64,000 nucleotides of DNA from Nitrososphaeria archaeon (GCA_049976505.1 JBMFIC010000005.1:3315-67314), one strand, 5' to 3'; shown: positions 37,676 through 46,564, counted from the first letter of the stretch. The notes: generated from the sequence alone by a model not told the origin. Made by a program: numbers and translations.

Positions 37676-38422
37676 ATGAGCGTTAAGGCGGCCCTCCTCT
37701 GTGGCGGAACTGGATCCCGTCTGCGGCCGCTCACCTACTACTTTCAGAAGACCATGCTGCCCATAGGGACCTCCCAGAAGCCCATACTGGAGTACATAGT
37801 GAGGTATCTCGCGTACCACGGCATCAGGGAGATGACGATGCTCGTTGGTTACAAGGCGGAGCAGATAGTTAACTACTTCAGGGATGGATCAAACTTCGGT
37901 GTCAGGATAGACTACTCATACGACACCGAGGAGTACAGGGGAAACGGAGGAGCGCTCATAAACGCGCTGAGGGCCGGGAAGTTCGACGGATACGATGACG
38001 TCCTGATATACTACTCGGACATCCTGACGGAGATGGACGCCGGGGAGCTGCTGAGGCTTCACAGGGAAATGGGATACGAGGCGACTCTTGCTGTCTCTGA
38101 TCACTACAGGCTTCCTGTAGGCGTTGCAGAGCTGAGGGATGGAAGGGTTGTCTCCTTCAAGGAGAAGCCCGAAATAGGCATAAACCCGACCATCGGGATC
38201 CTTGTTATGAAGCAGAGCGCCATAAGGAGGTTCTCTGACCTGAAGGGGGAGCTCGACATAATGGGGGACTTCATATCGGCCCTTGTCAGGGAGGGAAAGG
38301 TCGGCGCCTACGTCACGAAGGCCTTCTGGATAGACGTGGGAACGACTGAGACATACGAGAAGCTCGACCACCAGATGATAGACGAGAAGTTCGGCAGGTA
38401 CATAGCGGCAAGCACCTTCTGA
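37676..38422 (+). CDS. Sugar-phosphate nucleotidyltransferase (NTP_transferase family)
   Basis: AALLCGGTGSRLRPLTYYFQKTMLPI is the G-G-x-G-x-R-L-x-P-L-T signature. 248 aa. Confidence 0.8.
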   Translation: MSVKAALLCGGTGSRLRPLTYYFQKTMLPIGTSQKPILEYIVRYLAYHGIREMTMLVGYKAEQIVNYFRDGSNFGVRIDYSYDTEEYRGNGGALINALRAGKFDGYDDVLIYYSDILTEMDAGELLRLHREMGYEATLAVSDHYRLPVGVAELRDGRVVSFKEKPEIGINPTIGILVMKQSAIRRFSDLKGELDIMGDFISALVREGKVGAYVTKAFWIDVGTTETYEKLDHQMIDEKFGRYIAASTF

Positions 38423-38487
38423 GGCAAGCAGGGCTGTACCATCTTTAGAAACGTTTATTTAATCGCCCCTTAGCTTCAACACTGTAT

Positions 38488-39579
38488 ATGGCTAATAGCA
38501 TAGTGAGCGACATCGTCTACATCCTCAACCTAATATGGATAATCCTGATCGTCGCGTTCATCCTCTACGGGCAGAGGATACAGCTCGAGCTCAGCATGAG
38601 GTCCCTGGGGAAGCACGTGAACAGGCTCGAGAGCATGTACAGGGAGGCCCACGATCGCCTTATTTCGGAGCTGAAGAAGCTCGGCGTCAGCGAGGAGAAG
38701 GCGAAGGAGGAGATAAGCTTCCTCGAGAACTCCTTTCTGATCTCCCCAACCGACCTCGACCCTCACGGGATAGTCCAGAAGCTCGATCACCTGATAAAGA
38801 CCTACGACGGGATGTTCAAGAGCAGGATCAAGGCCCTTTTAGGAACCGACGACGTCGTGAAGGTTCAGAACATGGCGGCTGTCGCGGAGAGCGTGCTGGC
38901 CCTTAACGATATATACAAGTTCGTGAGGCACCAGTACCTTTCGGCAAAGAACTACCACGACTTCTACTCGCTCATAATGCTGCAGGTCCAGCTCCCGTTC
39001 ATAATAGAGGCGGCAGAGGCCTATCACAGCAGCATAGACTCAGCCCTGAAGGGACAGACGATAGGGGATGGGCTCGGGCCCCTTGTCGCATATCATCTGG
39101 CGGCCGGGGCTCCGTTCTCGGAGATAGAGGAGGAGACGGAGATGGCGGAGGTGGAGTACAAGGGAAGAAAGGTCCTCATACTCAAGGCAAAGGGGCCGGG
39201 CTCAACCGTTGGCAGGCCTGGCAGGGCAGTTAGGAAGGTTGTCGAAAACTTTACCCCATCGCTCATAATAACCGTTGACGCTGGGCTGAAGCTCGAGGGC
39301 GAGGAGACCGGAGAGACCGTTGAGGGCATAGGCGTTGCCATGGGCGGTCCCGGAACGGACAGGTTCGAGATAGAGGAAGTTGCAGCTAAACATGGCATAC
39401 CCCTGCACGCGTTCATAGTCAAGATGTCCCTCAAGGAGGCGATTACCGAGATGAACGACAGGGTGAGAAGGGCAGCTCTGGAGACCGTGGAAAGGGTCAA
39501 GGCGCTAATAGAGGAGAAGACAAGGGAGGGCGACGTGGTCCTGGTCGTTGGAGTGGGGAACACCGCAGGGATACCCTGA
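38488..39579 (+). CDS. Archaeal membrane-anchored protein of unknown function (DUF1512-like)
   Basis: N-terminal TM plus YGQRIQ, a helical middle and a C-terminal Gly-rich domain. Family name from memory. Confidence 0.5.
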   Translation: MANSIVSDIVYILNLIWIILIVAFILYGQRIQLELSMRSLGKHVNRLESMYREAHDRLISELKKLGVSEEKAKEEISFLENSFLISPTDLDPHGIVQKLDHLIKTYDGMFKSRIKALLGTDDVVKVQNMAAVAESVLALNDIYKFVRHQYLSAKNYHDFYSLIMLQVQLPFIIEAAEAYHSSIDSALKGQTIGDGLGPLVAYHLAAGAPFSEIEEETEMAEVEYKGRKVLILKAKGPGSTVGRPGRAVRKVVENFTPSLIITVDAGLKLEGEETGETVEGIGVAMGGPGTDRFEIEEVAAKHGIPLHAFIVKMSLKEAITEMNDRVRRAALETVERVKALIEEKTREGDVVLVVGVGNTAGIP

Positions 39580-39618
39580 TATAAGCTCCTGCAAAGGTTA
39601 AAAGTCGTAGGCTGTAAA

Positions 39619-40590
39619 ATGATTAACATGAAGACGGCAGAGGACATGCTTGAGGTTTACGAAAGCTGGCCCGACATGTTCGAGCCTGTAAGCTTGGGCT
39701 TTGAGGCCGCAAAAAGCGATGTCGTTTACGGCTGCGGATACGGCTCATCGCTCATACCCATCCTGGTTGCATCCATGATCTACGGCAGGAACAGGATAAT
39801 TGCCCTCAGACCCGGCGAGATGCCCGGGGAGGCTCACAGGGGAAGGACGCTGGTTGTCGTGAGCCACTCGGGGGAAACAGTTGAAGCGCTGGAGTGCGTG
39901 AAGAAGGGAGCGAGCCAGGGGATGAGCGTCTACGCTGTGACCGGGGGAGGAGCCCTTGAGGATCTGTGCAAGAGGGAGGGCGTGAAGCATGTAAAGATAA
40001 AGAAGGCGGATACGACCAGGCTGGGCTTCCCATACATACTCTCGGGCCTCCTTCCCCTTCTCGATTCGATTCTTGAAGAGAGCGCGACGGAGAGAGTCCG
40101 AAGGTACTTCAGCGATCTCAGGGGGAGGATCGAGAGGATAGGCAACGAGGCAAGGAGCCTTGCCGAGTTCTCCAGGGACTCGTTCCTCGTTGGGGTCTAC
40201 TACACGAACTACGCTGAGCCTCTCGCGCTCAGGCTCAGGTACCTTCTGAGCGAGAACGCCAAGCTTCACTCCGTTTATGAAAACATAATGGAGGTCGCCC
40301 ATGACGGAATTACCGCCTGGGAGATGTACTACAACATGCCGGTCCTTATAGTGAGGTCCGAGTCCGAGGATGAGATAACAACGGAGAGGATCAGGGCCAT
40401 CTCCGAGGCCCTGCAGGGCCTTGGCCACAGGGTCAGGGAGATAAGCATAGGCGGAGAGGAGGATCTGATACACAGGCTCTACATGTTCGACGTGTACACG
40501 GTTTTCCTATCGATCCTGCGAAACGTGAACCCGTTTGCCATGAGGACGCAGGAGGCAATAAGGAGAAGGGTCTCCCTGAGCCATGAGTAA
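39619..40590 (+). CDS. Bifunctional phosphoglucose/phosphomannose isomerase (SIS domain)
   Basis: VVSHSGETVEALE SIS motif. ~320-aa archaeal PGI/PMI size and layout. Confidence 0.7.
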   Translation: MINMKTAEDMLEVYESWPDMFEPVSLGFEAAKSDVVYGCGYGSSLIPILVASMIYGRNRIIALRPGEMPGEAHRGRTLVVVSHSGETVEALECVKKGASQGMSVYAVTGGGALEDLCKREGVKHVKIKKADTTRLGFPYILSGLLPLLDSILEESATERVRRYFSDLRGRIERIGNEARSLAEFSRDSFLVGVYYTNYAEPLALRLRYLLSENAKLHSVYENIMEVAHDGITAWEMYYNMPVLIVRSESEDEITTERIRAISEALQGLGHRVREISIGGEEDLIHRLYMFDVYTVFLSILRNVNPFAMRTQEAIRRRVSLSHE

Positions 40591-40993
40591 CAGGAAGAGG
40601 GGCTACGACTGGGAGGACAAGATAGTGAAGACGTTCAGGAGAATGGGATGGAACGCCGTAAGGCTGGGGAGCCCATCGGTTCACCTTCCCGACGTGCTCG
40701 CGATCAACAACGCGGAGAAAAGGATAGTTGCGATTGAGGCGAAGGCCTCAAGGGGAGAAAGGATAAGGGTTCCCCAGAGGGAGATAGAGAGGCTCTTTGA
40801 CTTTCTTGAGCTCTTTCAGGCATATGAAAGGAGAGAGGCAGTCATAGCCATAAAGTTCCTGAAGGTCAGGGGCAAGAGCCTCAGCGAGAGCTTCTACGAG
40901 GTCAGGTGCAGGAGCCCGGGAAACATAGGGATCAGGAGAGGGGAGAGCCCAGATAATAGATGCCTTGCTCCATGGAGGATAAAGAGGGCCTGA
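40583..40993 (+). CDS. hjc: Holliday junction resolvase Hjc
   Basis: KRGYDWEDKIVKTFRRMGWNAVRLGS..LPDVLAI..IVAIEAKAS is the E..PD..ExK nuclease motif of Hjc. Overlaps the PGI/PMI end by 8 nt. Confidence 0.8.
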   Translation: MSNRKRGYDWEDKIVKTFRRMGWNAVRLGSPSVHLPDVLAINNAEKRIVAIEAKASRGERIRVPQREIERLFDFLELFQAYERREAVIAIKFLKVRGKSLSESFYEVRCRSPGNIGIRRGESPDNRCLAPWRIKRA

Positions 40994-41029
40994 TTAAAAG
41001 CTTTTAACAGATAGATTGTCAAATAGGTT

Positions 41030-41722
41030 ATGAAGGCCTATCTGCTGGCAGGAGGCCTCGGGACCAGGCTTTATCCGCTCAGCCTGGTCCTTCCAAAGCC
41101 GCTCCTCACCCTGGGCAACAGGACCGTCATAGAGCACATACTGGAGTGGCTCTCTGGCTACGAGTTCGAGAGCTACGTGGTAGTGACCAGCGGAAGGGAG
41201 TGGGCCTTTAGAACAGTCCTCGGGGACTCATACCGGGGAAGGAAGGTCATCATAGTGAGCTCTGACAGACCCCTCGGAACCGCAGGTCAGCTCAGATGGG
41301 CTGCGGGCTCTGAGCGGGAGACGTTCTTCGTGACCTACACCGACTCGATAATCAGGGCCGACATATCCAGCGCCGTTGCGGAGCACAGGAGAAGGGGAAA
41401 CATCGCCACGATCATGGTGGCGGAGGTCAGCTCAAGGCTGAAGTACGGCATCATAGAGGAGGAGGATGGAGCAGTTAAGAGATGGATAGAGAAGCCTGAG
41501 ATAAAGCACAGGGTCGCGGCTGGCGCCTTCATCTTCGAGCCCGAGTTCCTCAGGTACATAAGGGAGGAGAAGTACGGGATGAACTGGGCGATACAGAACG
41601 CAATAAGCGCTGGCGAGAGGGTCGGGACCTACCCCGTTGAGTCCTTTATAGACGTGGGCAACATGGAGAGCTTCAGGGATGCGGCTGAACGCTTCGCCGG
41701 GGAATTCGGGGAGATACTATGA
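41030..41722 (+). CDS. Sugar-phosphate nucleotidyltransferase (second copy)
   Basis: KAYLLAGGLGTRLYPLSLVLPKPLL signature. 230 aa. Confidence 0.8.
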   Translation: MKAYLLAGGLGTRLYPLSLVLPKPLLTLGNRTVIEHILEWLSGYEFESYVVVTSGREWAFRTVLGDSYRGRKVIIVSSDRPLGTAGQLRWAAGSERETFFVTYTDSIIRADISSAVAEHRRRGNIATIMVAEVSSRLKYGIIEEEDGAVKRWIEKPEIKHRVAAGAFIFEPEFLRYIREEKYGMNWAIQNAISAGERVGTYPVESFIDVGNMESFRDAAERFAGEFGEIL

Positions 41723-42768
41723 AGCTGAGGTACGCCATCCTGGAGGAGGACTATCCCGATGGGCTCACGCCCTTCTCCCTCACCCGGCCCTCCTCCATGC
41801 TGGTCTACAGGTACAGGAGGATCTCGGACTGGCTCAGGGAGGCTCTGGGCGAGCCCGAGGGCTTTGTTGCCCCCGAGAGGTTCTTCTACTTCGGCCTCAG
41901 GCAGCCATCAGATTACGATCTTCTCGTGAGCTCGATGGTCCGACCCGAGATGGTAAGGGAGGCAGTGGATGAAGTTAGGGACGGGGAATCCCTCTGGGAG
42001 CGGGGACATCTGGTGGTGTCCCGAGGACCACCGGAGAGGACTGAGAGGAGGGAGGCAAGGGGGACCTACCTCATAAGAGGCCCATGGGAGCTGACAAAGT
42101 CGCTGAGGGATCCGCCATTCGACAGTAGCAGGATAGAAGGGGAGATCGGGCGGTTCGTCTCAATAGTGGAGAGGGATGGACCTGTGATAATAGAGAGGGG
42201 GGCGGTGGTTGAAGACTTCACTGTGATAAAAGGCCCCGCGTTCATATCGCAGGGCTCCAGGGTGTACAACGCGCAGATCTCCGGGTCATACGTGGGAAGG
42301 TGGTGCAGGGTCTCGGGGGAGGTCGAGAGGAGCGTCATCGATGACTACGCGCACAAGGCCCACTTCGGGTTCGTGGGAGACAGCTACGTGGGCATTCACG
42401 CGAACCTGGGAGCGGGAACTACCACGAGCAACCTGAAGAACACCTACGGGACCGTTAGGGTGATGATGGGAAAAGCACTGGTTGACACGGGGGAGATAAA
42501 GGTGGGGGCATTTATAGGTGACTTCGCAAGGACCTCCATAAACACGTCCATAATGTCGGGAAAGATGATAGGGGCCTTCTCGTACGCAGGCGGGACGGTG
42601 AGCTCGGACGTCGAGCCCTTCATGTTCTACGATCGACGGATGAACCTTGACAGGCTTATAGAGCAGCTTGGCAGGTACATGGAGAGAAGGAACATCCCCC
42701 TTGATGAGGGGCTCCTGATCTACGTGAGGAGCACATATGAGAGGTTCCTGAAATCCCTCAGGTCATGA
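41719..42768 (+). CDS. NTP_transf_4-like N-domain + left-handed beta-helix (hexapeptide) protein, alternative GlmU-like
   Basis: N-terminus AILEEDYPDGLTPFSLTRPSS. C-terminal hexapeptide repeats (GDSYVGIHANLGAGTTTSN..GAFIGDFARTSINTSI). ATGA overlap with the preceding NTP-transferase. Confidence 0.6.
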   Translation: MKLRYAILEEDYPDGLTPFSLTRPSSMLVYRYRRISDWLREALGEPEGFVAPERFFYFGLRQPSDYDLLVSSMVRPEMVREAVDEVRDGESLWERGHLVVSRGPPERTERREARGTYLIRGPWELTKSLRDPPFDSSRIEGEIGRFVSIVERDGPVIIERGAVVEDFTVIKGPAFISQGSRVYNAQISGSYVGRWCRVSGEVERSVIDDYAHKAHFGFVGDSYVGIHANLGAGTTTSNLKNTYGTVRVMMGKALVDTGEIKVGAFIGDFARTSINTSIMSGKMIGAFSYAGGTVSSDVEPFMFYDRRMNLDRLIEQLGRYMERRNIPLDEGLLIYVRSTYERFLKSLRS

Positions 42769-43317
42769 GCCTCCTTCCTGCTCCGTGGCCAGAAGCCGTG
42801 ATGCCATCGCTATCGAGGCCTCGAGGTCCTTTCTGAGCCTCGGGTTTCTGAGCACGGCGGCAGGATGATATGTAACGATGAGCCTAGAGCCCCTGTATTC
42901 ATGGACCCTGCCGGATAGCTCTCCAACCCTCTCCTTCCCAGTGAAGAACTTTGACGCAGTTGCCCCAAGGGCTATGATGATCCTGGGCCTGATGACCTCT
43001 ATCTCCTCTAGGAGGAAGCCCGAGCAGGCATCTACCTCCTTCCTGCTTGGCCTCCTGTTGCCGGGGGGCCTGTGCTTTACCACGTTGGTTATGTAGACGC
43101 GCCTCAGGCCGTAGCTTTCCAGGATCCCTCTCAGGAGCCTCCCGGCCCTTCCCACGAAGGGCCTGCCCTGGGCGTCCTCCTCTCTCCCCGGCGCCTCCCC
43201 AACCACCATCACCGGCGAATCTTCAGGGCCCTCTCCGGGAACTGCCCTGGTTGCCTGTCTCCAGAGGTCGCATGCTCTGCACCGCTCAACCCATTCCCTT
43301 ATCCTCTGAAGGCTCAA
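42763..43317 (-). CDS. udg: Uracil-DNA glycosylase, family 4
   Basis: CRACDL..VPGEGPEDSPVMVVGEAPGREED..GRPFVGRAG..HP motifs. Confidence 0.88.
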   Translation of the reverse strand: MSLQRIREWVERCRACDLWRQATRAVPGEGPEDSPVMVVGEAPGREEDAQGRPFVGRAGRLLRGILESYGLRRVYITNVVKHRPPGNRRPSRKEVDACSGFLLEEIEVIRPRIIIALGATASKFFTGKERVGELSGRVHEYRGSRLIVTYHPAAVLRNPRLRKDLEASIAMASRLLATEQEGGS

Positions 43318-44060
43318 ACCTTATCTATCTCCATGAGGTCCCTAGCAACGTAGGACTCCCTGAAGACCTTCCTCGCCTCGCTCCTCAGCCTGCCCGTCTT
43401 ATCCGAGAGGGCAGGTGGTATGTGGGTAAGCAGGAGCCTCCTGGTCCAGGACTTGACGGCGATCTCGGCGGCCTGCCTTGCGGAGCTGTGGCCTACGGAG
43501 TTTAGGTACTCCTCGTTCTCGGAAAGCCCCGTGGCCTCGTGTATCAGAAGCTCTGCCCCCCTGCAGAGCTTCGCTATCTGATCGGAAGGGGCCGTGTCGC
43601 CGGTGTAGCATAGGCCGCCTATCCTGTAGGCAACGTCGGCAACGCTGTGCTTTCCGGGCGCCGTCCTGACCTTTCCGTATCCCTCGAGCTCAAGGGACTC
43701 TCCCGGCTCGATCTCAGTGAACTTCAGGTCAAACCTCATGAAGGTCCTGGGCGTGTTAGCGAACTCGAGCATCCCTCTGAGAGCCCTCTCTATTCCCGGA
43801 GGCCCCACTACGTTCAGGGGATCCGTTCTCCCCAGGTACGACATCCCCCAGACAAGGCTTCCAAGGTCGAAGAAGTGGTCCCCGTGCATGTGCGTTATCA
43901 GGACGTGAGTTATCCTGAGTGGATTGGCCCCGTACCTGAGAAGGTTCCCGAAGGATCCAGGTCCAGCGTCCAGAACGATCCTCGAGTCTATTAGATAGGA
44001 TGAGCAGGCCCTGTTCCTGCTCTGGGCCGAGCCGCTGCTTCCGAGAACTACGACCTTCAA
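43314..44060 (-). CDS. Metallo-beta-lactamase-fold hydrolase (RNase Z/ElaC-like)
   Basis: LKVVVLGSSGS..DAGPG..ITHMHGDH motif. TTG 44060 is preferred (TATA-like ctttttaagg upstream); the track's TTG at 44108 is also possible. Confidence 0.75.
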   Translation of the reverse strand: MKVVVLGSSGSAQSRNRACSSYLIDSRIVLDAGPGSFGNLLRYGANPLRITHVLITHMHGDHFFDLGSLVWGMSYLGRTDPLNVVGPPGIERALRGMLEFANTPRTFMRFDLKFTEIEPGESLELEGYGKVRTAPGKHSVADVAYRIGGLCYTGDTAPSDQIAKLCRGAELLIHEATGLSENEEYLNSVGHSSARQAAEIAVKSWTRRLLLTHIPPALSDKTGRLRSEARKVFRESYVARDLMEIDKV

Positions 44061-44165
44061 CCTGCAAAAGTAGTGCGCGTCTGGCCTTAAAAAGGTTGAC
44101 CGTCGCAAGCCATGAGCTCATGGAGATCCCGGGGGCCATCGGCCGCTTCACCATATTTATGCTTT

Positions 44166-44215
44166 CTGTCACCGGCGAGACCAGAAACCCGGGTTACAGG
44201 GGGCCCCGGTGACAG
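44166..44215. repeat. Symmetric nested palindrome: CTGTCACCGG-N10-AACCCGGGTT-N10-CCGGTGACAG
   Basis: Perfect 10-bp inverted arms (44166..44175 / 44206..44215) with a perfect 10-bp palindrome exactly centred (44186..44195). It lies just downstream of the TATA-like atatttat (44153..44160). Confidence 0.8.
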
Positions 44216-44251
44216 CATCCAAAATAGATCTGTCAGCAACTTAGAGGGTAA

Positions 44252-44890
44252 ATGAGCGAGTTTCAGAAGAGATGGGAGGAAAGGAAGGACGAGGGAATAA
44301 CCGATAAGATAAAGGCTGCAGTAAGGCCAGACGAGCCCCTAAGAAGGAAGCTAGAGCAGGCCATAAGGCTCATTCAGGTTCAGATATCCAAGCTTGACGC
44401 CACCGCGGCAAAGCTGAGGGACAAGGATCAGAAGTACTTCGACAGGGTCGTCATGTACCTTCAGAAGCACGACAATGAAAGGGCGAACATCTACGCAACC
44501 GAGCTGGCAGAGATCAGGAAGATGTACAAGATGATAACCCAGGCGAAGCTGGCTCTCGAGCAGATATCAACGAGGCTATCAACGGCAACTGAGATCGGAG
44601 ACGTGGTCGCTGTTCTTGACCCTGCAATGAAGGTGCTCTCCAGCATAAGGAAGGGCGTCAGCGGCGTGATGCCGGCCGCAGAGGACGAGCTGGGCGAGAT
44701 ATCAAACCTGCTGAACAACATACTGGTGGATGCTGGAAACATGTACGGCTCCGGAATAAGCTTCGAGCCAGCCAGCGACGAGGCGGAGAGCATACTGGCG
44801 CAGGCATCTGCTGTAGCTGAGGCAAGGATGAAGCAGACGCTACCAGACGTAACGGGGCTCGGGCTTAGCTCCGAGGGCTCAAAGCAGTAA
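44252..44890 (+). CDS. ESCRT-III (Snf7/CdvB) family protein
   Basis: 212 aa. Helical-hairpin pattern LRRKLEQAIRLIQVQISKLDATAAKLRDKDQKYFDRVVMYLQKHDNERANIYATELAEIRKMYK..LEQISTRL..VLDPAMKVL.. and an acidic C-terminus. Confidence 0.7.
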   Translation: MSEFQKRWEERKDEGITDKIKAAVRPDEPLRRKLEQAIRLIQVQISKLDATAAKLRDKDQKYFDRVVMYLQKHDNERANIYATELAEIRKMYKMITQAKLALEQISTRLSTATEIGDVVAVLDPAMKVLSSIRKGVSGVMPAAEDELGEISNLLNNILVDAGNMYGSGISFEPASDEAESILAQASAVAEARMKQTLPDVTGLGLSSEGSKQ

Positions 44891-45778
44891 TCAGTCAGAG
44901 GAAACAAGCTGAGCGCATATATTATTTATCCAGCCGTATTTTTTCTGTATTAGGTTCCTGTTTCTCCATGAGCATATCTCCTTTTTTGTCTCCTCCAGGT
45001 CAAGGTAGATCCCACACCTTCCCATCTCCTCCGAGAAGAGCTGGACGTTCTCGACGAACTCCTCGTAGCTCTCTATCGAGAGTATTCCGGGGCTAACTCG
45101 TGGTCCACCCAGGACCAGGAGGTTCTTTATGAAGTTGGGAGCGGTGAGGGTGAACAGGTTCGAGACCGTTACCGGACCCTCGGGGCCGAAGAGCTCCCGC
45201 ATGATCTCCCTCATGGCGCACAGCCTGTCAGCGGCCTGGGCGTAGTCTATGGCCCCGCGTCCAGGGGAGCCCATGAAGTACCCAAGGTCTGTCAGGACCA
45301 GCTTGTCCATCGCCGCCTGCCTCCTGGAGATCCCAGGAAAGACCCTCTCCGCCGTCCCCAGAAGCTCAGCCTGTAGCCTGCTGGTAGGTATCCTGGAGGT
45401 CTGCCTTGCTGCCTCCAGCACTAGGACCTCCTCCTCGTAGCTGAGCCTCTCGATGGATGACCTTGGGAGGATCTCGGAAATCCTCCTGGGAAGCGGGCCA
45501 AGGGTCTCAACGAGCTCAACGTACCTCTCTGCGAGGGAGGCCCTTATGCCCGCCGGATCGAGGGCTATGCAGTGGTAGCCTAGGAACTTTATCGCCCTCC
45601 TTCTCAGAGCTGGAACTGAGGGGGTAAGGCAGAAGGCCACGCTCCTGACAACCGCGTCGGCCCTAACGACCATGGACGTGCTGATCCAGAAGGTCCTCTT
45701 GAGCTGGGCTCCGAACTTCAGCGTTATCTCCCTGAGCAGCGCATCCGCGGTTATCAGCTGATGAGCCTCCCCGCTCAA
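44891..45778 (-). CDS. Hypothetical protein (295 aa, no recognisable motif)
   Basis: Long ORF with host codon bias. TTG start. TATA-like elements in the 45779..45843 spacer. Confidence 0.5.
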   Translation of the reverse strand: MSGEAHQLITADALLREITLKFGAQLKRTFWISTSMVVRADAVVRSVAFCLTPSVPALRRRAIKFLGYHCIALDPAGIRASLAERYVELVETLGPLPRRISEILPRSSIERLSYEEEVLVLEAARQTSRIPTSRLQAELLGTAERVFPGISRRQAAMDKLVLTDLGYFMGSPGRGAIDYAQAADRLCAMREIMRELFGPEGPVTVSNLFTLTAPNFIKNLLVLGGPRVSPGILSIESYEEFVENVQLFSEEMGRCGIYLDLEETKKEICSWRNRNLIQKKYGWINNICAQLVSSD

Positions 45779-45843
45779 CTTGCAGCTTCCCCGTTTTTAT
45801 GCAACCTTTTATATCCTCTTTATTTATAACTTATCCCAGAGTT

Positions 45844-46356
45844 ATGAGCTCTGAGAAGAGAAGGGATGACGTGAGAAGGAGGGTCGAGGCCGCCCTCCTT
45901 TCATCTGGAAGGCCTGTCTCCTCCGAGGAGCTGATGAGGGTCCTGAGGATAAGGAAGTCCGAGCTCCTGGAGGCCATAAGGGAGATCAGGAGCTCGTACG
46001 AATCATGCGGGTCAGCGCTTGAGCTTCTTGAGCTTGGCGACAGCTTCATGATAAGGATCAGGCCTGAGCTGGCTGGCCCCGCAAGGAAGTTCAGCGGAAG
46101 GCCTTTCCTCTCGAGGTCTCTGGCGAAGACGCTCTCGTACATCGCGTTCTATGGGCCTGTTGAGGCAAAGGACCTTGCATCTAAGAGGGGGATCGTGGTG
46201 TACTCGCAGCTGAAGGCACTTGAGAGGATGGGCCTGATAAGAAGGGTTGAAAGGGAAGGAAAGAGAATGTACGAGGTCACGGAGAGCTTCTACAGGCTCT
46301 TCAACGAGGAGGAGCTGAAGGAGAAGTTAAAGGGGGCAGCTAGCCCCCAGCAGTAG
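45844..46356 (+). CDS. scpB: Segregation and condensation protein B (ScpB)
   Basis: VEAALLSSGRPVSSEEL..LELLELGDSFMIRIRPE..LSRSLAKTLSYIAFYGPV are tandem winged-helix ScpB blocks. ATG 45844 chosen. Confidence 0.8.
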   Translation: MSSEKRRDDVRRRVEAALLSSGRPVSSEELMRVLRIRKSELLEAIREIRSSYESCGSALELLELGDSFMIRIRPELAGPARKFSGRPFLSRSLAKTLSYIAFYGPVEAKDLASKRGIVVYSQLKALERMGLIRRVEREGKRMYEVTESFYRLFNEEELKEKLKGAASPQQ

Positions 46357-46564
46357 GCGGGAAGGCAATAACATCGGAGCCCTCCCTGAGCTCCTGCTCC
46401 CCGGGCCTCCTGCCGTCTATGAGCAGGTTGATCTCCGACCTGTCAACCCCCAGCAGCTCTGAGAGCCTTTCAGCAATTTCATCGGAGCTGCTGGCCTCAA
46501 CGTAGACCGTGTCGCTTCCGGCAAGCTCCCTGAACCTTGCGAAAAGCCTAACCTTCACTTTCAA
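46340..46564 (-). CDS. MoaD/ThiS-family ubiquitin-like protein (SAMP-like) ending in Gly-Gly
   Basis: KVKVRLFARFRELAG..REGSDVIAFPPTAGG-stop. Start is TTG 46564 or GTG 46558, overlapping the upstream gene's stop. Confidence 0.75.
   Translation of the reverse strand: MKVKVRLFARFRELAGSDTVYVEASSSDEIAERLSELLGVDRSEINLLIDGRRPGEQELREGSDVIAFPPTAGG

Noticed and set aside
44166-44215. H/ACA guide RNA interpretation of the nested palindrome (lower stem, 10+10-nt internal loop, ACA at 44212..44214).
   Set aside because: The 'upper stem' is only a loop-less AACCCGGGTT palindrome with no K-turn/K-loop. ACA lies inside the 10-bp stem unless the stem is shortened to 6 bp. I kept it as a regulatory palindrome instead.
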